A stretch of DNA of 64,000 nucleotides from a candidate division TA06 bacterium 32_111 (lineage in GTDB: Bacteria; Hydrothermota; 32-111), in NCBI GenBank assembly GCA_001508335.1, contig LGFX01000003.1, positions 75,500-139,499 of the forward strand. The letters run 5' to 3'. Shown here in pieces: positions 38,106-47,683 of this stretch (position 1 is its first letter; the number at the start of each line of letters is the position of its first letter). A program made the position numbers and the translations under genes. The notes beneath the pieces are model-generated. The model was not told where the DNA came from and did not search any database. It saw only the letters and a list, made by a program, of their open reading frames with translations.

Positions 38106-38913
38106 ATCGATTATAGCAGGGACAGAGCAGAGAGAGGTTAGAAATATCCCCATATCGAACATAAAGCCCAACCCCTTTCAGCCAAGAAAAGTTTTCAAAG
38201 ATGAGGAGTTGAAAGAACTTGCTGATTCTATTAAAGAGAATGGAGTTTTACAACCGATTACCGTCAGAAGGGTTGGGGAATATTTTGAGATAGTTACAGG
38301 TGAAAGAAGATACAGAGCTTGTAAAATGTTAGGTTTGAAAGATATTCCTGCTATAATTAAAAATATCTCTAACGATAAGATGGTTGAATGGGCTTTGATA
38401 GAGAATGTTCAAAGAGAGAATCTTAATGTTGTTGAAGAGGCTGAAGCGTATAGAGAACTTGCTGAAAAGTTCAACCTTACACATGAAGATATCTCAAAAA
38501 AGGTTGGAAAATCGAGAGCACATATAACCAACATTTTAAGAGTTCTTGAACTTGAAGATTTTATAAAGGATCTTTTGAAAAATAACAGGATAAGTTTTGG
38601 TCATGCAAAAGTTTTACTTTCAATAAAGGAACCCCTAAGAAGAAAACATTTTGCAGAAAGAATTTATAAAGAGGACCTTTCTGTAAGAGATCTTGAAAAA
38701 CTTTTATCTTCTAGAGTTGAAAAAACGGTAAAAATAAAAGAAAAGAAAAAGTCCATTCATCTTAAAGATATTGAGAGTAAACTTTCAGAAAGGTTATCAA
38801 GAAAGGTAACTGTGAAATATAAAAAAGGAAAAGGAAATATCAGTTTAGAATTTTACAACGACGATGATTTTAAAAAGTTGTTAATTTTTTTGGGTTTGAA
38901 AAATTTTGATTAG
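38077..38913 (+). CDS. parB: Chromosome partitioning protein ParB (Spo0J)
   Basis: [10 protein letters not shown], ParB box [11 protein letters not shown]; overlaps parA 3' end. Confidence 0.93.
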   Translation: MKKALGRGLESIIAGTEQREVRNIPISNIKPNPFQPRKVFKDEELKELADSIKENGVLQPITVRRVGEYFEIVTGERRYRACKMLGLKDIPAIIKNISNDKMVEWALIENVQRENLNVVEEAEAYRELAEKFNLTHEDISKKVGKSRAHITNILRVLELEDFIKDLLKNNRISFGHAKVLLSIKEPLRRKHFAERIYKEDLSVRDLEKLLSSRVEKTVKIKEKKKSIHLKDIESKLSERLSRKVTVKYKKGKGNISLEFYNDDDFKKLLIFLGLKNFD

Positions 38914-38921
38914 GAGATAAA

Positions 38922-39962
38922 ATGAAAGAATTAAAAGAGGTTTTAAAAATTTTAACAGAATCTATCGGTCCTTCTGGGATGGAAGAAAAAAGTTTTGAAA
39001 GCATAAAAAAGATTCTTGAAGGTGAAGAGAATTTAACGGTTTCCCGTGACAAGATGGGAAACATTGTAATTTTTAGAAAGGGAGACAGAGAAGGAAAAAT
39101 CGGTTTTTTCACTCACAACGACGAAATAGGACTTATCGTTACAAAAATTGATGGAGATTACCTTAGATTTACATCTGTTGGGGGTTACGATGAAAAAGTT
39201 TTACTTGGACAGGAAGTTACCGTTTACGGTGAAAAGGTTGTAAGTGGTATTATTGGTGCGACACCACCACATTTACAAAAGGCTGGTGAAAGTAATAAGT
39301 TGTTGAAATATGAAGACTTATATATTGATCTCGCTATGAAAAACAACGAACTTAAAAGGTATTTTAAAATTGGTGATAGAATAATTTTGAAGAGTGAGTT
39401 CACAGAGTTGAAAAACGATTTCGTATGTTGTAAGTCTGTAGATAACAGGGGTTCTGCAACTGCGATTATAAATATTTTAAACCATATTAAAAATTTAAAA
39501 AATATTCCAGATTTATATTTTGTTTTGAACTCTCAAGAGGAAACTACTATGGTTGGAAGTTTAACTGCAGCGTACTCTATAAATCCAGATATTGCTGTAG
39601 TGGTTGATGTAACTTTCGCAAAGCAACCTGGGGTTGAGAATGGGATTTCTTACGATGCTATAGGGATTGGAAGAGGTGCTCATATATGTTCTAACCTATG
39701 TGATTATATTGTTGAACTAGCAAAAAGGGAGAACATAAAGTACGAAATTGAGGCTGTTCCACAACATTCTGGAACGGATGCTTATGCTGTTCAGACCGCG
39801 AGAGGAGGAATAAAGACTCTACTTCTCTCTATCCCTATAAAAAACATGCACTCTCCAAGAGAGATAGTAAATGTTAAAACAATAGATAAAATTTCAAAGT
39901 TACTATCCTTATTTGTTTCTGAAGTTGAGTTTGAAAAGTATGGTGAAAAAATTATAAAATGA
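38922..39962 (+). CDS. M42-family (TET/FrvX-like) aminopeptidase, divergent paralog 1
   Basis: 346 aa M42 fold, but the conserved motifs are altered: HNDEIG (HMDEIG in the others), VDNRG (DDRxG), QEETTMVGS (QEEVGLRG). Confidence 0.8.
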   Translation: MKELKEVLKILTESIGPSGMEEKSFESIKKILEGEENLTVSRDKMGNIVIFRKGDREGKIGFFTHNDEIGLIVTKIDGDYLRFTSVGGYDEKVLLGQEVTVYGEKVVSGIIGATPPHLQKAGESNKLLKYEDLYIDLAMKNNELKRYFKIGDRIILKSEFTELKNDFVCCKSVDNRGSATAIINILNHIKNLKNIPDLYFVLNSQEETTMVGSLTAAYSINPDIAVVVDVTFAKQPGVENGISYDAIGIGRGAHICSNLCDYIVELAKRENIKYEIEAVPQHSGTDAYAVQTARGGIKTLLLSIPIKNMHSPREIVNVKTIDKISKLLSLFVSEVEFEKYGEKIIK

Positions 39963-39972
39963 GGGAGATATT

Positions 39973-40977
39973 ATGATTTTAAAAAATTTAAGTGAAGGTT
40001 TTGGACCCTCTGGAAATGAGAGTGAGGTAAGGGATTTTATAATTGAAACTATAAAAGATCATGTTGATTCCTTGAAGATAGATAGGATGGGAAACATAAT
40101 TGCTTACAAAAAAGGAAAAAGTAAAAAGAGTAAGAAGGTTTTACTCGGCGCACATATGGATGAAGTTGGTTTTATGATAAAATCAATAGAAGAGAGTGGT
40201 ATTCTTAAATTTTTACCTGCTGGTGGTATAGACAAAAGGGTTGTCATAGGAAAAAATGTTTTGATAGGAAAAGATAAGGTAAAAGGTGTTATCTGTTACA
40301 AACCTGTTCATCTTCAGAGAAAGGATTATAACAATATTCCAGATTTTAACTCACTTGTTATAGATATTGGTTCAACCGAAAAGAAGGATGCTGAAAAGTA
40401 TGTATCCGTTGGTGATTATGCTGTTTTTGACACCAAGTTTGAAAAGAGGGGAAATATAATTAAAGGGAAATCTTTCGATGATAGATTAGGTTGTGCTGCC
40501 ATAATAGAGATTTTAAAGGAAAGGTATGAAAACGATATCTATGGGGTTTTTTTCGTTCAGGAAGAGGTTGGTCTTAGGGGTTCAAAAGCGTCAGTTTTCA
40601 ACATTCCTTCAGATTATGCCATAGTTCTTGAAGGAACATCTGCTGCCGATATGCCTCATTCTAAGGATGAACCTGATTATCCAAAGATGGGTGAGGGTGT
40701 TGTTTTAACCATTTCAGACAGATCTCTTTTCGTTGATAAAGAACTTTTTAGAGAAACCGTATCATGTGCAAAAGAGAACAGGATAAAATATCAGTTCAAA
40801 CAACCTATGGTTGGTGGAACCGATGGGGGAGAGATTCATAAATCGAGAGAGGGAGTAAAAACTATAGTTTTTGCTGTTCCTTCAAGATATATACATTCTC
40901 CAGTCTCTTTTGCTGATTTAAGGGATTACAGATCGATGATAGATTTAACAAAGAAACTTTTAAACAAATTAAAATAG
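39973..40977 (+). CDS. M42-family (TET) aminopeptidase, paralog 2
   Basis: GAHMDEVGFMIKSI, FDDRLGCAA, VQEEVGLRGS, HSPVS. Confidence 0.9.
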   Translation: MILKNLSEGFGPSGNESEVRDFIIETIKDHVDSLKIDRMGNIIAYKKGKSKKSKKVLLGAHMDEVGFMIKSIEESGILKFLPAGGIDKRVVIGKNVLIGKDKVKGVICYKPVHLQRKDYNNIPDFNSLVIDIGSTEKKDAEKYVSVGDYAVFDTKFEKRGNIIKGKSFDDRLGCAAIIEILKERYENDIYGVFFVQEEVGLRGSKASVFNIPSDYAIVLEGTSAADMPHSKDEPDYPKMGEGVVLTISDRSLFVDKELFRETVSCAKENRIKYQFKQPMVGGTDGGEIHKSREGVKTIVFAVPSRYIHSPVSFADLRDYRSMIDLTKKLLNKLK

Positions 40978-40985
40978 GGGTAAAA

Positions 40986-41993
40986 ATGAAAAATTTAGTA
41001 AAAGATTTAACATCTATTATAGGTCCTTCCTCTTATGAGGAGCCAGTAGTTGATTATATTGAAAAGAGTTTAAAAGGAAAAAAGAATCTTGAAATAAAAA
41101 AGGATACTTTGGGTAACCTTATAGTTAGAAAGAAAGGCAAAGGAAAAAAAATAATGGTTGCAGCGCATATGGATGAAATTGGTTTTATAGTAAAACATAT
41201 AGATAAAAACGGTTTTATAAGATTTGCGGTTGTTGGAGGGCTTTTCCCACATAACATAATTGAAAACCATGTTCTTTTCGTTAATGGAGTTGAGGGTGTT
41301 ATAGGTTATGAGAGTAAAAATTTCAACTGGCAAAACATTCCAAAAATAGATGAAATGTTTATAGATATCGGCGCAAAGGATAAAAAGGATGCTGAGAAAA
41401 AAGTTAACATAGGTCTTCTCGGTGCAATGAAACCAACATTTGTAGATCTTGGAAAAAGGATTTCAACAAAATCTTTGGATGATAGGATAGGATGCGCTAT
41501 TTTACTCCAACTTGCACTTGATGATTTTGAAACTGATAACGATATATACTATGTTTTCACAACTCAGGAAGAGGTTGGTCTTAGGGGAGCAAAAACTTCG
41601 GCATTCTCAGTATCTCCTGATTTTGCTATAGCTGTTGATGTCACAGGGACAGGTGATACACCTGAAACTCACATTATGGAAGTTAAACTTGGAGAAGGTC
41701 CTGCAATAAAGGTTCTTGACAGTGGAATGGTTGTTCGTAAACCAGTTATAGATTTCATGGTAGATGTTGCGAAGAAAAATAAAATTCCATATCAGCTTGA
41801 AATATTGAAAGGTGGAACAACTGATGGAATGATGATTCAGACAAACAAAGAAGGTGTTTTAACTGGAGTAGTCTCCGTTCCAACAAGATATATACATTCT
41901 CAGGCGGAGATGTGTGATATGGATGATGTAGAAAACAGTGTTAAACTTATAAAAGAGATTTTAAAGTTTGATATATCAAAGAGAGGGTTTTAA
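40986..41993 (+). CDS. M42-family (TET) aminopeptidase, paralog 3
   Basis: AAHMDEIGFIVKHI, LDDRIGCA, TQEEVGLRGA, HSQAE. Confidence 0.9.
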   Translation: MKNLVKDLTSIIGPSSYEEPVVDYIEKSLKGKKNLEIKKDTLGNLIVRKKGKGKKIMVAAHMDEIGFIVKHIDKNGFIRFAVVGGLFPHNIIENHVLFVNGVEGVIGYESKNFNWQNIPKIDEMFIDIGAKDKKDAEKKVNIGLLGAMKPTFVDLGKRISTKSLDDRIGCAILLQLALDDFETDNDIYYVFTTQEEVGLRGAKTSAFSVSPDFAIAVDVTGTGDTPETHIMEVKLGEGPAIKVLDSGMVVRKPVIDFMVDVAKKNKIPYQLEILKGGTTDGMMIQTNKEGVLTGVVSVPTRYIHSQAEMCDMDDVENSVKLIKEILKFDISKRGF

Positions 41994-41995
41994 AG

Positions 41996-42754
41996 TTGAA
42001 GAGAAAAATCACTCTTATATACATAAGTTCAGACGGTAAAGATAAAAGAGAGTTTTTAATCTCTACAACTCTTCTGAAAATCATTGTTGGGCTCATCTCC
42101 TTTATTATTGTCTCTATTATTTTAAGTTTTATTTTTATTTCCACAGTTTACTACGATGCTTTGCAGAAAAAGAATTATGAGAATAAAGTTAGATATATGG
42201 AAAACGAGATTAAAAAATTGGAGGAGTTAAAATCTGACATAAAAGATTTATATGAAAAGAATGAGAAGATTAGAGAACTTTTAGGTATAGATTTACAGAA
42301 CAAAATTTTAAAATCTCATTCTAATGATATTTCAAAAGCAAAGTTTGAAATGGCAAAAGTAGATGCTGATTCTTTAAAAGAGTACAACGAACTAAAACCT
42401 GATATAAATCCTGTTGAAGGTGTTGTATCAAGATCTTTTTCAAAAGATCATCCTGCTATAGATATTGCATGCGACCTTGGAACTATGGTTGTTTCAACTA
42501 TAGATGGAAAGGTTGATAAAACGGGATGGGATCAAACTTTTGGGAATTATGTTAAAATAAAGAATAATAAATTTTCTATATTTTATGGGCACCTTCAAAA
42601 AGTTTTAGTTAAAATGGGACAAACAATAAAAAAGAGCGAGATAGTTGGAACCGTTGGTAGTACTGGTAAATCTTCTGCACCACATCTACATTATGAAATT
42701 ATGATGGATTCAGTTTACTACGATCCTATGCAGTTTGTTAATTTAAATAACTAA
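41996..42754 (+). CDS. M23 (LytM-domain) peptidoglycan endopeptidase with N-terminal TM and coiled coil
   Basis: HPAIDIA...GKV...FGNYVKI...IFYGHLQ...GSTGKSSAPHLHYEI. Confidence 0.88.
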   Translation: MKRKITLIYISSDGKDKREFLISTTLLKIIVGLISFIIVSIILSFIFISTVYYDALQKKNYENKVRYMENEIKKLEELKSDIKDLYEKNEKIRELLGIDLQNKILKSHSNDISKAKFEMAKVDADSLKEYNELKPDINPVEGVVSRSFSKDHPAIDIACDLGTMVVSTIDGKVDKTGWDQTFGNYVKIKNNKFSIFYGHLQKVLVKMGQTIKKSEIVGTVGSTGKSSAPHLHYEIMMDSVYYDPMQFVNLNN

Positions 42755-42769
42755 ATAAAGGAGTTTTTT

Positions 42770-43144
42770 ATGGAAAAGAACCAATCTGGAATAAACAACA
42801 TAATCGGAGAGGGTACACATATCTCTGGAAAAATTTTTGTTCCAGGATCCATGAGAGTAGATGGTCAGATTGATGGGGAAATGACAGTTTCTGAAATGTT
42901 AACGGTTGGTAAAAGTGGAAATTTAAAGGGAACTATTAACACAAAAGATGCTGTTATAGGTGGAATAGTTGATGGGAAACTGGTTGTTAAAAATAGGATT
43001 GAACTTCAAAAAACGGCAAAAGTCAACATAGATCTTGTTTGTAAATATCTTATAGTTGAAGAAGGTGTTGTTTTTGATGGAACCTGCTCTATGTCAAAGC
43101 AGGAACTTTTTGATAAAGGTACAAAAGGCAAAAATGAACAGTAA
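42770..43144 (+). CDS. Bactofilin (DUF583 polymer-forming cytoskeletal protein)
   Basis: 124 aa beta-helical repeats: IGEGTHISGKIFVPGSMRVDGQIDGEMTVSEMLTVGKSGNLKGTINTKDAVIGGIVDGKLVV. Confidence 0.85.
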   Translation: MEKNQSGINNIIGEGTHISGKIFVPGSMRVDGQIDGEMTVSEMLTVGKSGNLKGTINTKDAVIGGIVDGKLVVKNRIELQKTAKVNIDLVCKYLIVEEGVVFDGTCSMSKQELFDKGTKGKNEQ

Positions 43145-43945
43145 GTGAAAAGAGTATATTTTTTTCTTTTAACTATTTTTTTATTATTATCTTGCGGTAA
43201 AAAACTTCCTCCTCCATCTCCAGATAGAATAAAACCTACAGTTAAAAATATATATTTTTTTCAGGATGGAAAGATAAAGATTGAAACCTCAGAGAAAGTA
43301 TCATCTTTAGATTCTATAAAGGTTGGATATGACGACACGACAAAAAATGAAAAGTTTTATATTGATGGTAAAAATATTTTTTTATGGTATGATCAAACTA
43401 AAAATGTTTTAAAAGTTGATATATTTTCTATTTCTGATCTTAACGGTAACAAAAATAATATAAAAGATTTGAAAGTTAAGGGAGAGAAATTAAAAGATAC
43501 AGTTCCCCCAAAAATTTTAAAAAGTTCTCAGAATGATACTCTAATAACTATTTTATTTTCAGAAAATGTTAAAGAAATTTTTTTCAAAATATTTCCAGAT
43601 GATGTCGTTTATAAAGAGAGTTTGTTTGATGAGAAACTTGTATTGAAAATGAATAATGATAATATCATCCAGATGGTTATTGATAGTATATGTGATTTAT
43701 CCGGGAATATTGAGAATGATAGGTGGGAGAATTATTTTTTTACCGATAAATTGGAGGAAAAGTTTTCTTTAAAATTGAAAACTGATAAAATATCGAAAAA
43801 ATTTATTCTTCTTGATATGGATGGAAAAATTTTAAGGGAAAATATTTCTGACAACAACGGGATAATTTCTTTTCTCTATCTTAAAAGGGGAAGGTATACT
43901 GTAAAAGGGGAAGATTTTATAAAAGACACCCTTATTCTTGAATAA
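43145..43945 (+). CDS. Lipoprotein, hypothetical
   Basis: Lipobox LLLSCGKK; 266 aa; no recognisable family. Confidence 0.5.
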   Translation: MKRVYFFLLTIFLLLSCGKKLPPPSPDRIKPTVKNIYFFQDGKIKIETSEKVSSLDSIKVGYDDTTKNEKFYIDGKNIFLWYDQTKNVLKVDIFSISDLNGNKNNIKDLKVKGEKLKDTVPPKILKSSQNDTLITILFSENVKEIFFKIFPDDVVYKESLFDEKLVLKMNNDNIIQMVIDSICDLSGNIENDRWENYFFTDKLEEKFSLKLKTDKISKKFILLDMDGKILRENISDNNGIISFLYLKRGRYTVKGEDFIKDTLILE

Positions 43946-43947
43946 AA

Positions 43948-43970
43948 GGGGAGAGATCTCCCCTTTTATT
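43948..43970. terminator. Bidirectional terminator (ggggag-agat-ctcccc flanked by A-run/T-run) between convergent genes
   Basis: aataaaaGGGGAGagatCTCCCCttttatt; lies between the lipoprotein stop (43945) and the rubrerythrin stop (43974). Confidence 0.8.
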
Positions 43971-43973
43971 ATT

Positions 43974-44513
43974 TTAATAGTTTTCAACAAAAAGTTCAAA
44001 ATACGCTTTTGGATGTTTACAAACAGGGCATATATCTGGTGCTTCAGAACCCTCATGGATATGTCCACAGTTTCTGCATTTCCAGTAAACCTTCTTTGCC
44101 CTTTTGAAAACTACCTGTTTTTCAATATTTTCCAGCAATTTTCTATACCTTTTTTCATGGTCTTTTTCAACTGAACCAATTTTTTCAAACATGTCGGCTA
44201 TCTCTTCAAATCCCTCTTCTCTTGCTATTTTCGCCATCTCTGGATACATTGTTGTTGTTTCGTAATTTTCACCTTCAGCTGCTGCTTTTAAATTTTCAAT
44301 AGTGTTACCGATACCTGAAAGAGCTTTGAAATGCAATTTTGCATGTTCCTTTTCGTTATCTGCCGTCTCCTGAAATATTGCAGAAATCTGTTCATACCCT
44401 TCTTTTTTAGCAACGGAAGCAAAGTATGTGTATTTGTTCCTTGCCATAGATTCGCCAGCGAACGCCTCCCATAAATTCTTTTCAGTTTTTGTTCCTTTTA
44501 AACTTTTTTTCAT
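43974..44513 (-). CDS. rbr: Rubrerythrin (diiron ferritin-like domain plus C-terminal rubredoxin-like domain)
   Basis: 179 aa; NLWEAFAGESMARNKY, EKEHAKLHF, C-terminal CRNCGHIHEG...CPVCKHP. Confidence 0.92.
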   Translation of the reverse strand: MKKSLKGTKTEKNLWEAFAGESMARNKYTYFASVAKKEGYEQISAIFQETADNEKEHAKLHFKALSGIGNTIENLKAAAEGENYETTTMYPEMAKIAREEGFEEIADMFEKIGSVEKDHEKRYRKLLENIEKQVVFKRAKKVYWKCRNCGHIHEGSEAPDICPVCKHPKAYFELFVENY

Positions 44514-44899
44514 TTAACCTCCTTTGCCCAAAGCATGTGTATATTGCAGAACTCTCTAACTTCTTTAACATCCGATAAACTGACATCAAATATTGCTTCT
44601 GGTTTTTCTCCAGGTTTGAACTCATGTCTTAAAACCTTTTTATCTGTTAGAACCTCAACAAAAACTATGTAATGTTTCTCTTCCATAGGATGTTCAACAG
44701 AACCGATTTTTACTTTTATCTTTCCACCAAGATCCTCAATTACTGGAAGATGTTTTTCAACACCTGTATCCTCTTTTTTTGCTTCAAGTTTTACCATAGG
44801 TTTATTACAACAGACAAGCATGGTCATACCAGTGTTAACAACTTCAACAACATTCCCACAAACTTCACATCTGTAAAGTTCTCTCATTTGTGTTTTCAT
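44510..44899 (-). CDS. dfx: Desulfoferrodoxin (2Fe superoxide reductase)
   Basis: N-terminal desulforedoxin CEVCGNVVEV...CC; C-terminal SOR domain HYIVFVE...CNIHMLW. Confidence 0.9.
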   Translation of the reverse strand: MKTQMRELYRCEVCGNVVEVVNTGMTMLVCCNKPMVKLEAKKEDTGVEKHLPVIEDLGGKIKVKIGSVEHPMEEKHYIVFVEVLTDKKVLRHEFKPGEKPEAIFDVSLSDVKEVREFCNIHMLWAKEVK

Positions 44900-44908
44900 A
44901 ATACCTCC

Positions 44909-45397
44909 TTATTCTCTTTTGCCAAGTTCGTTGTTAAGCATAAAAAGAGCGTTCGATGAATCTTTAATTTTTTCAAGCAATGAAACTATCTTCAAAAAAG
45001 AATCTTCCTCTTCAACCTGTTCATCAACATACCATTTCAAAAATGATTCTGATGCATAATCGTTCTCTTTTTTTGCAAGTTCCATAAGGTTGTTTATGTT
45101 TTTCGTAACAGTCAACTCATGCTCATAGGCGTATTTGAAAGTATCGAGAGGGGATTTGAAATCATTTTTAGGTTGCTGTATAGGTTGTAATACAACTTTT
45201 GCTCCCCTTTCGTAAAGATGGTTGAAAAATTTCATAGCATGGGTGTGTTCTTCCCTTGCTTGAACTTCAATCCAATGAGCAAAACCATCAAGGTTCTCTC
45301 CCTTAAAATATGCAGCCATCTGAAGGTAAAGATATTCAGAGAAAAGTTCCCTCTGAATCTGATCGTTAATCTCTTTTACCATTTTTTCGCTTATCAT
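44909..45397 (-). CDS. ftn: Ferritin (non-haem, ferritin-like diiron)
   Basis: 162 aa; ELFSEYLYLQMAAYF, EEHTHAMKFFNHL. Confidence 0.85.
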   Translation of the reverse strand: MISEKMVKEINDQIQRELFSEYLYLQMAAYFKGENLDGFAHWIEVQAREEHTHAMKFFNHLYERGAKVVLQPIQQPKNDFKSPLDTFKYAYEHELTVTKNINNLMELAKKENDYASESFLKWYVDEQVEEEDSFLKIVSLLEKIKDSSNALFMLNNELGKRE

Positions 45398-46560
45398 GAT
45401 AAACTCCTTTTTATATTGTTTTTTAAATTTTCAATATTTTCCTCTTTTGGTATATATTGAATTTTTTCTTCAAGAAAAACTCTGTTTGAATACTTTTCAA
45501 GATTTTCTTTTATTATTTTTGTTCCCTCTCCTCCCCATCCATACGATCCAAAGACAAGGAACTTTTTATTTTTTGGATTCAAACCAAGAAGGTAGGTTAA
45601 AAAACCTGATACGGATGGAAGAGGTTGTTTGTTTAAAGTTGGAGTTCCAATTCCTATTATTGAAGAATCAAGAATTTCGGTCATTATATCTGAAATATGG
45701 TTTGTTTTTAGAGGCATAAAAACAACCTCATAACCTTCATTCTCAAAAAACTCATAATACTTTTTTGCCATTATTTCGGTTGAACCCCACATAGTGTCAT
45801 AAACGATAACTACTTTTTTCTTTGAAGGATCTTTTGACCAGTTTTGATATTCTTTTAAAATATCTGAAACATTTTCTTTCCAAACAATTCCATGACTTGG
45901 AGCAATTATTTTTATTTCAAGATCCTTTAAAAGGTTTAAAGCTGTTTGTACCTGTTGAGAGTATGGTAAAACTATATTAGCATAATATTTTTTTGCCTGA
46001 TATATTATCTCATCCAAAGGGTTTTCGAAGTCGAATCTGTAAAAGGATGAGTAATGTTGACCAAAAGCATCATTTGAGAATAAAATTTTTCTGTTTTCCA
46101 AATAGGTTACCATATTGTCTGGCCAATGAACCATCGGTGTTTGAAAGAATATCAGGTTATCTTTACCTATACTTAATCTATCTTTCGTTTTAATTACTTT
46201 GATGTTAAGGTCATCTCCATAATGTGCTTTTAATCCTTTTTCACCCTGAGGATTTGTAATTATTTTTGCATTCTTTGCTATTTTTAAAATTTTTGGTAAG
46301 GAGCCTGAATGGTCCATCTCAACATGGTTAACAACTATATAATCTATCTTAGAAGGGTCAACAACATCTTTAATCCTTTCAAGAAACTCATCAAAAAGAT
46401 AATGTTTGACAGTATCTATAAGAGTAATCTTTTCATCTATGATAAGATATGAGTTGTAAGTTGAACCCCTTTCTGTTGTATAGCCGTGGAAATCTCTAAG
46501 CGACCAATCTATTCCACCAACCCAGAAAATGTTTTCATCGATCTTGAAACTTTTCATCAA
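45394..46560 (-). CDS. fprA: Flavodiiron protein (FprA / rubredoxin:oxygen oxidoreductase type): metallo-beta-lactamase-like domain plus flavodoxin domain
   Basis: 388 aa; [14 protein letters not shown]-terminal flavodoxin-like domain ([13 protein letters not shown]). Confidence 0.88.
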   Translation of the reverse strand: MMKSFKIDENIFWVGGIDWSLRDFHGYTTERGSTYNSYLIIDEKITLIDTVKHYLFDEFLERIKDVVDPSKIDYIVVNHVEMDHSGSLPKILKIAKNAKIITNPQGEKGLKAHYGDDLNIKVIKTKDRLSIGKDNLIFFQTPMVHWPDNMVTYLENRKILFSNDAFGQHYSSFYRFDFENPLDEIIYQAKKYYANIVLPYSQQVQTALNLLKDLEIKIIAPSHGIVWKENVSDILKEYQNWSKDPSKKKVVIVYDTMWGSTEIMAKKYYEFFENEGYEVVFMPLKTNHISDIMTEILDSSIIGIGTPTLNKQPLPSVSGFLTYLLGLNPKNKKFLVFGSYGWGGEGTKIIKENLEKYSNRVFLEEKIQYIPKEENIENLKNNIKRSLS

Positions 46561-47258
46561 CTCTCCTTTATGAAATCAGATTTTGAAGCACCACAAACTG
46601 GGCAAACCCAAGTATCAGGTAAATTTTCAAAAGGTGTTCCAGGTTCTATGCCATTATCAGGATCACCAACTTGAGGATCGTAGACATATCCACAAACCTC
46701 ACATTTGTATTTTTCCATCTTTTCCTCCTTTTTTATAACATTTTCAACTTTTTCTTCAACATATGTTGGAGCGTTCTTTTGAGTTTTACCCTTTTTAACA
46801 TCATGGTAAAAAGCGTATGTCATTGGCTGTTGTTTATCATCAACGATAAAAGAGTCAACTAGTTCGCCTATGAAAAGGGTGTGAGTTGAAAGGTCAAATT
46901 TATCAACTACTTTAAACTCCAAAACAGCAACAGAGAAATCTTTTACTATTGGAGCACTTGTAACTCCTTTTTCATACTTTATATTTTCAAACTTGTTTAT
47001 CTCCCTTCCACTTTTAAAACCGAAATTACCTATAAACTGTAAAGGTGTTTGTTCTGATAAAACAGAAACTGAAAAATTTTTTCCTTTATCAATGAACTGA
47101 TGAGTGTAATTGTTTTTGTTTATACTTATTGCAACTGTTATAGGTTCAGAAGTTATCTGAAATACCGTGTTTGCAATCTGCCCGTTAACTTTCTCTCCAT
47201 CAGAAGAACAAACAAGGTAAACACCATAAGATAATTTAAAAAGTGCTTTCGTATCCAA
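46557..47258 (-). CDS. Flavin-reductase-like domain fused to C-terminal rubredoxin (high-molecular-weight rubredoxin type)
   Basis: [22 protein letters not shown] (flavin reductase-like); C-terminal [12 protein letters not shown]...[13 protein letters not shown]. Confidence 0.85.
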   Translation of the reverse strand: MDTKALFKLSYGVYLVCSSDGEKVNGQIANTVFQITSEPITVAISINKNNYTHQFIDKGKNFSVSVLSEQTPLQFIGNFGFKSGREINKFENIKYEKGVTSAPIVKDFSVAVLEFKVVDKFDLSTHTLFIGELVDSFIVDDKQQPMTYAFYHDVKKGKTQKNAPTYVEEKVENVIKKEEKMEKYKCEVCGYVYDPQVGDPDNGIEPGTPFENLPDTWVCPVCGASKSDFIKES

Positions 47259-47266
47259 TCTTCCTC

Positions 47267-47683
47267 CTATCTACAATTTTTACAAACTCCATAAATATAC
47301 TTTTCTGTATAAAATTTTTTAAACCCCTCGCCGATATTGGAATCATTTTCTTCACTGATTTTAAGATCATAAATTTTTCCACATTTTATACATTTGAAAT
47401 GTGAATGTGGAGAAGTATCGATATCGTATCTGGCAAAATCTTTCTCTATACCTATTGTTTTAACTATACCTTTCTCAACAAAAAGTTTTAAAGTGTTGTA
47501 TACGGTTGTTTTAGATAGTGTAAGAATCTCAGAAGAGAGATCTCTATAGATATCTTCGACGGAAGGGTGTGTTCTATTTAAAAGGAGATATTCTAAAATT
47601 TTTATTCTCTGAAAGGATGGAGATATTCCCTTCTCTTCCAATAGTTTTAAAATACTATGATAATCAACTTTTTTTATATTCAT
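47267..47683 (-). CDS. perR: Fur-family metalloregulator, PerR-like
   Basis: 138 aa; [25 protein letters not shown]...CKNC; embedded in a peroxide/oxygen-detoxification operon with a Per-box-like palindrome upstream. Confidence 0.65.
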   Translation of the reverse strand: MNIKKVDYHSILKLLEEKGISPSFQRIKILEYLLLNRTHPSVEDIYRDLSSEILTLSKTTVYNTLKLFVEKGIVKTIGIEKDFARYDIDTSPHSHFKCIKCGKIYDLKISEENDSNIGEGFKKFYTEKYIYGVCKNCR

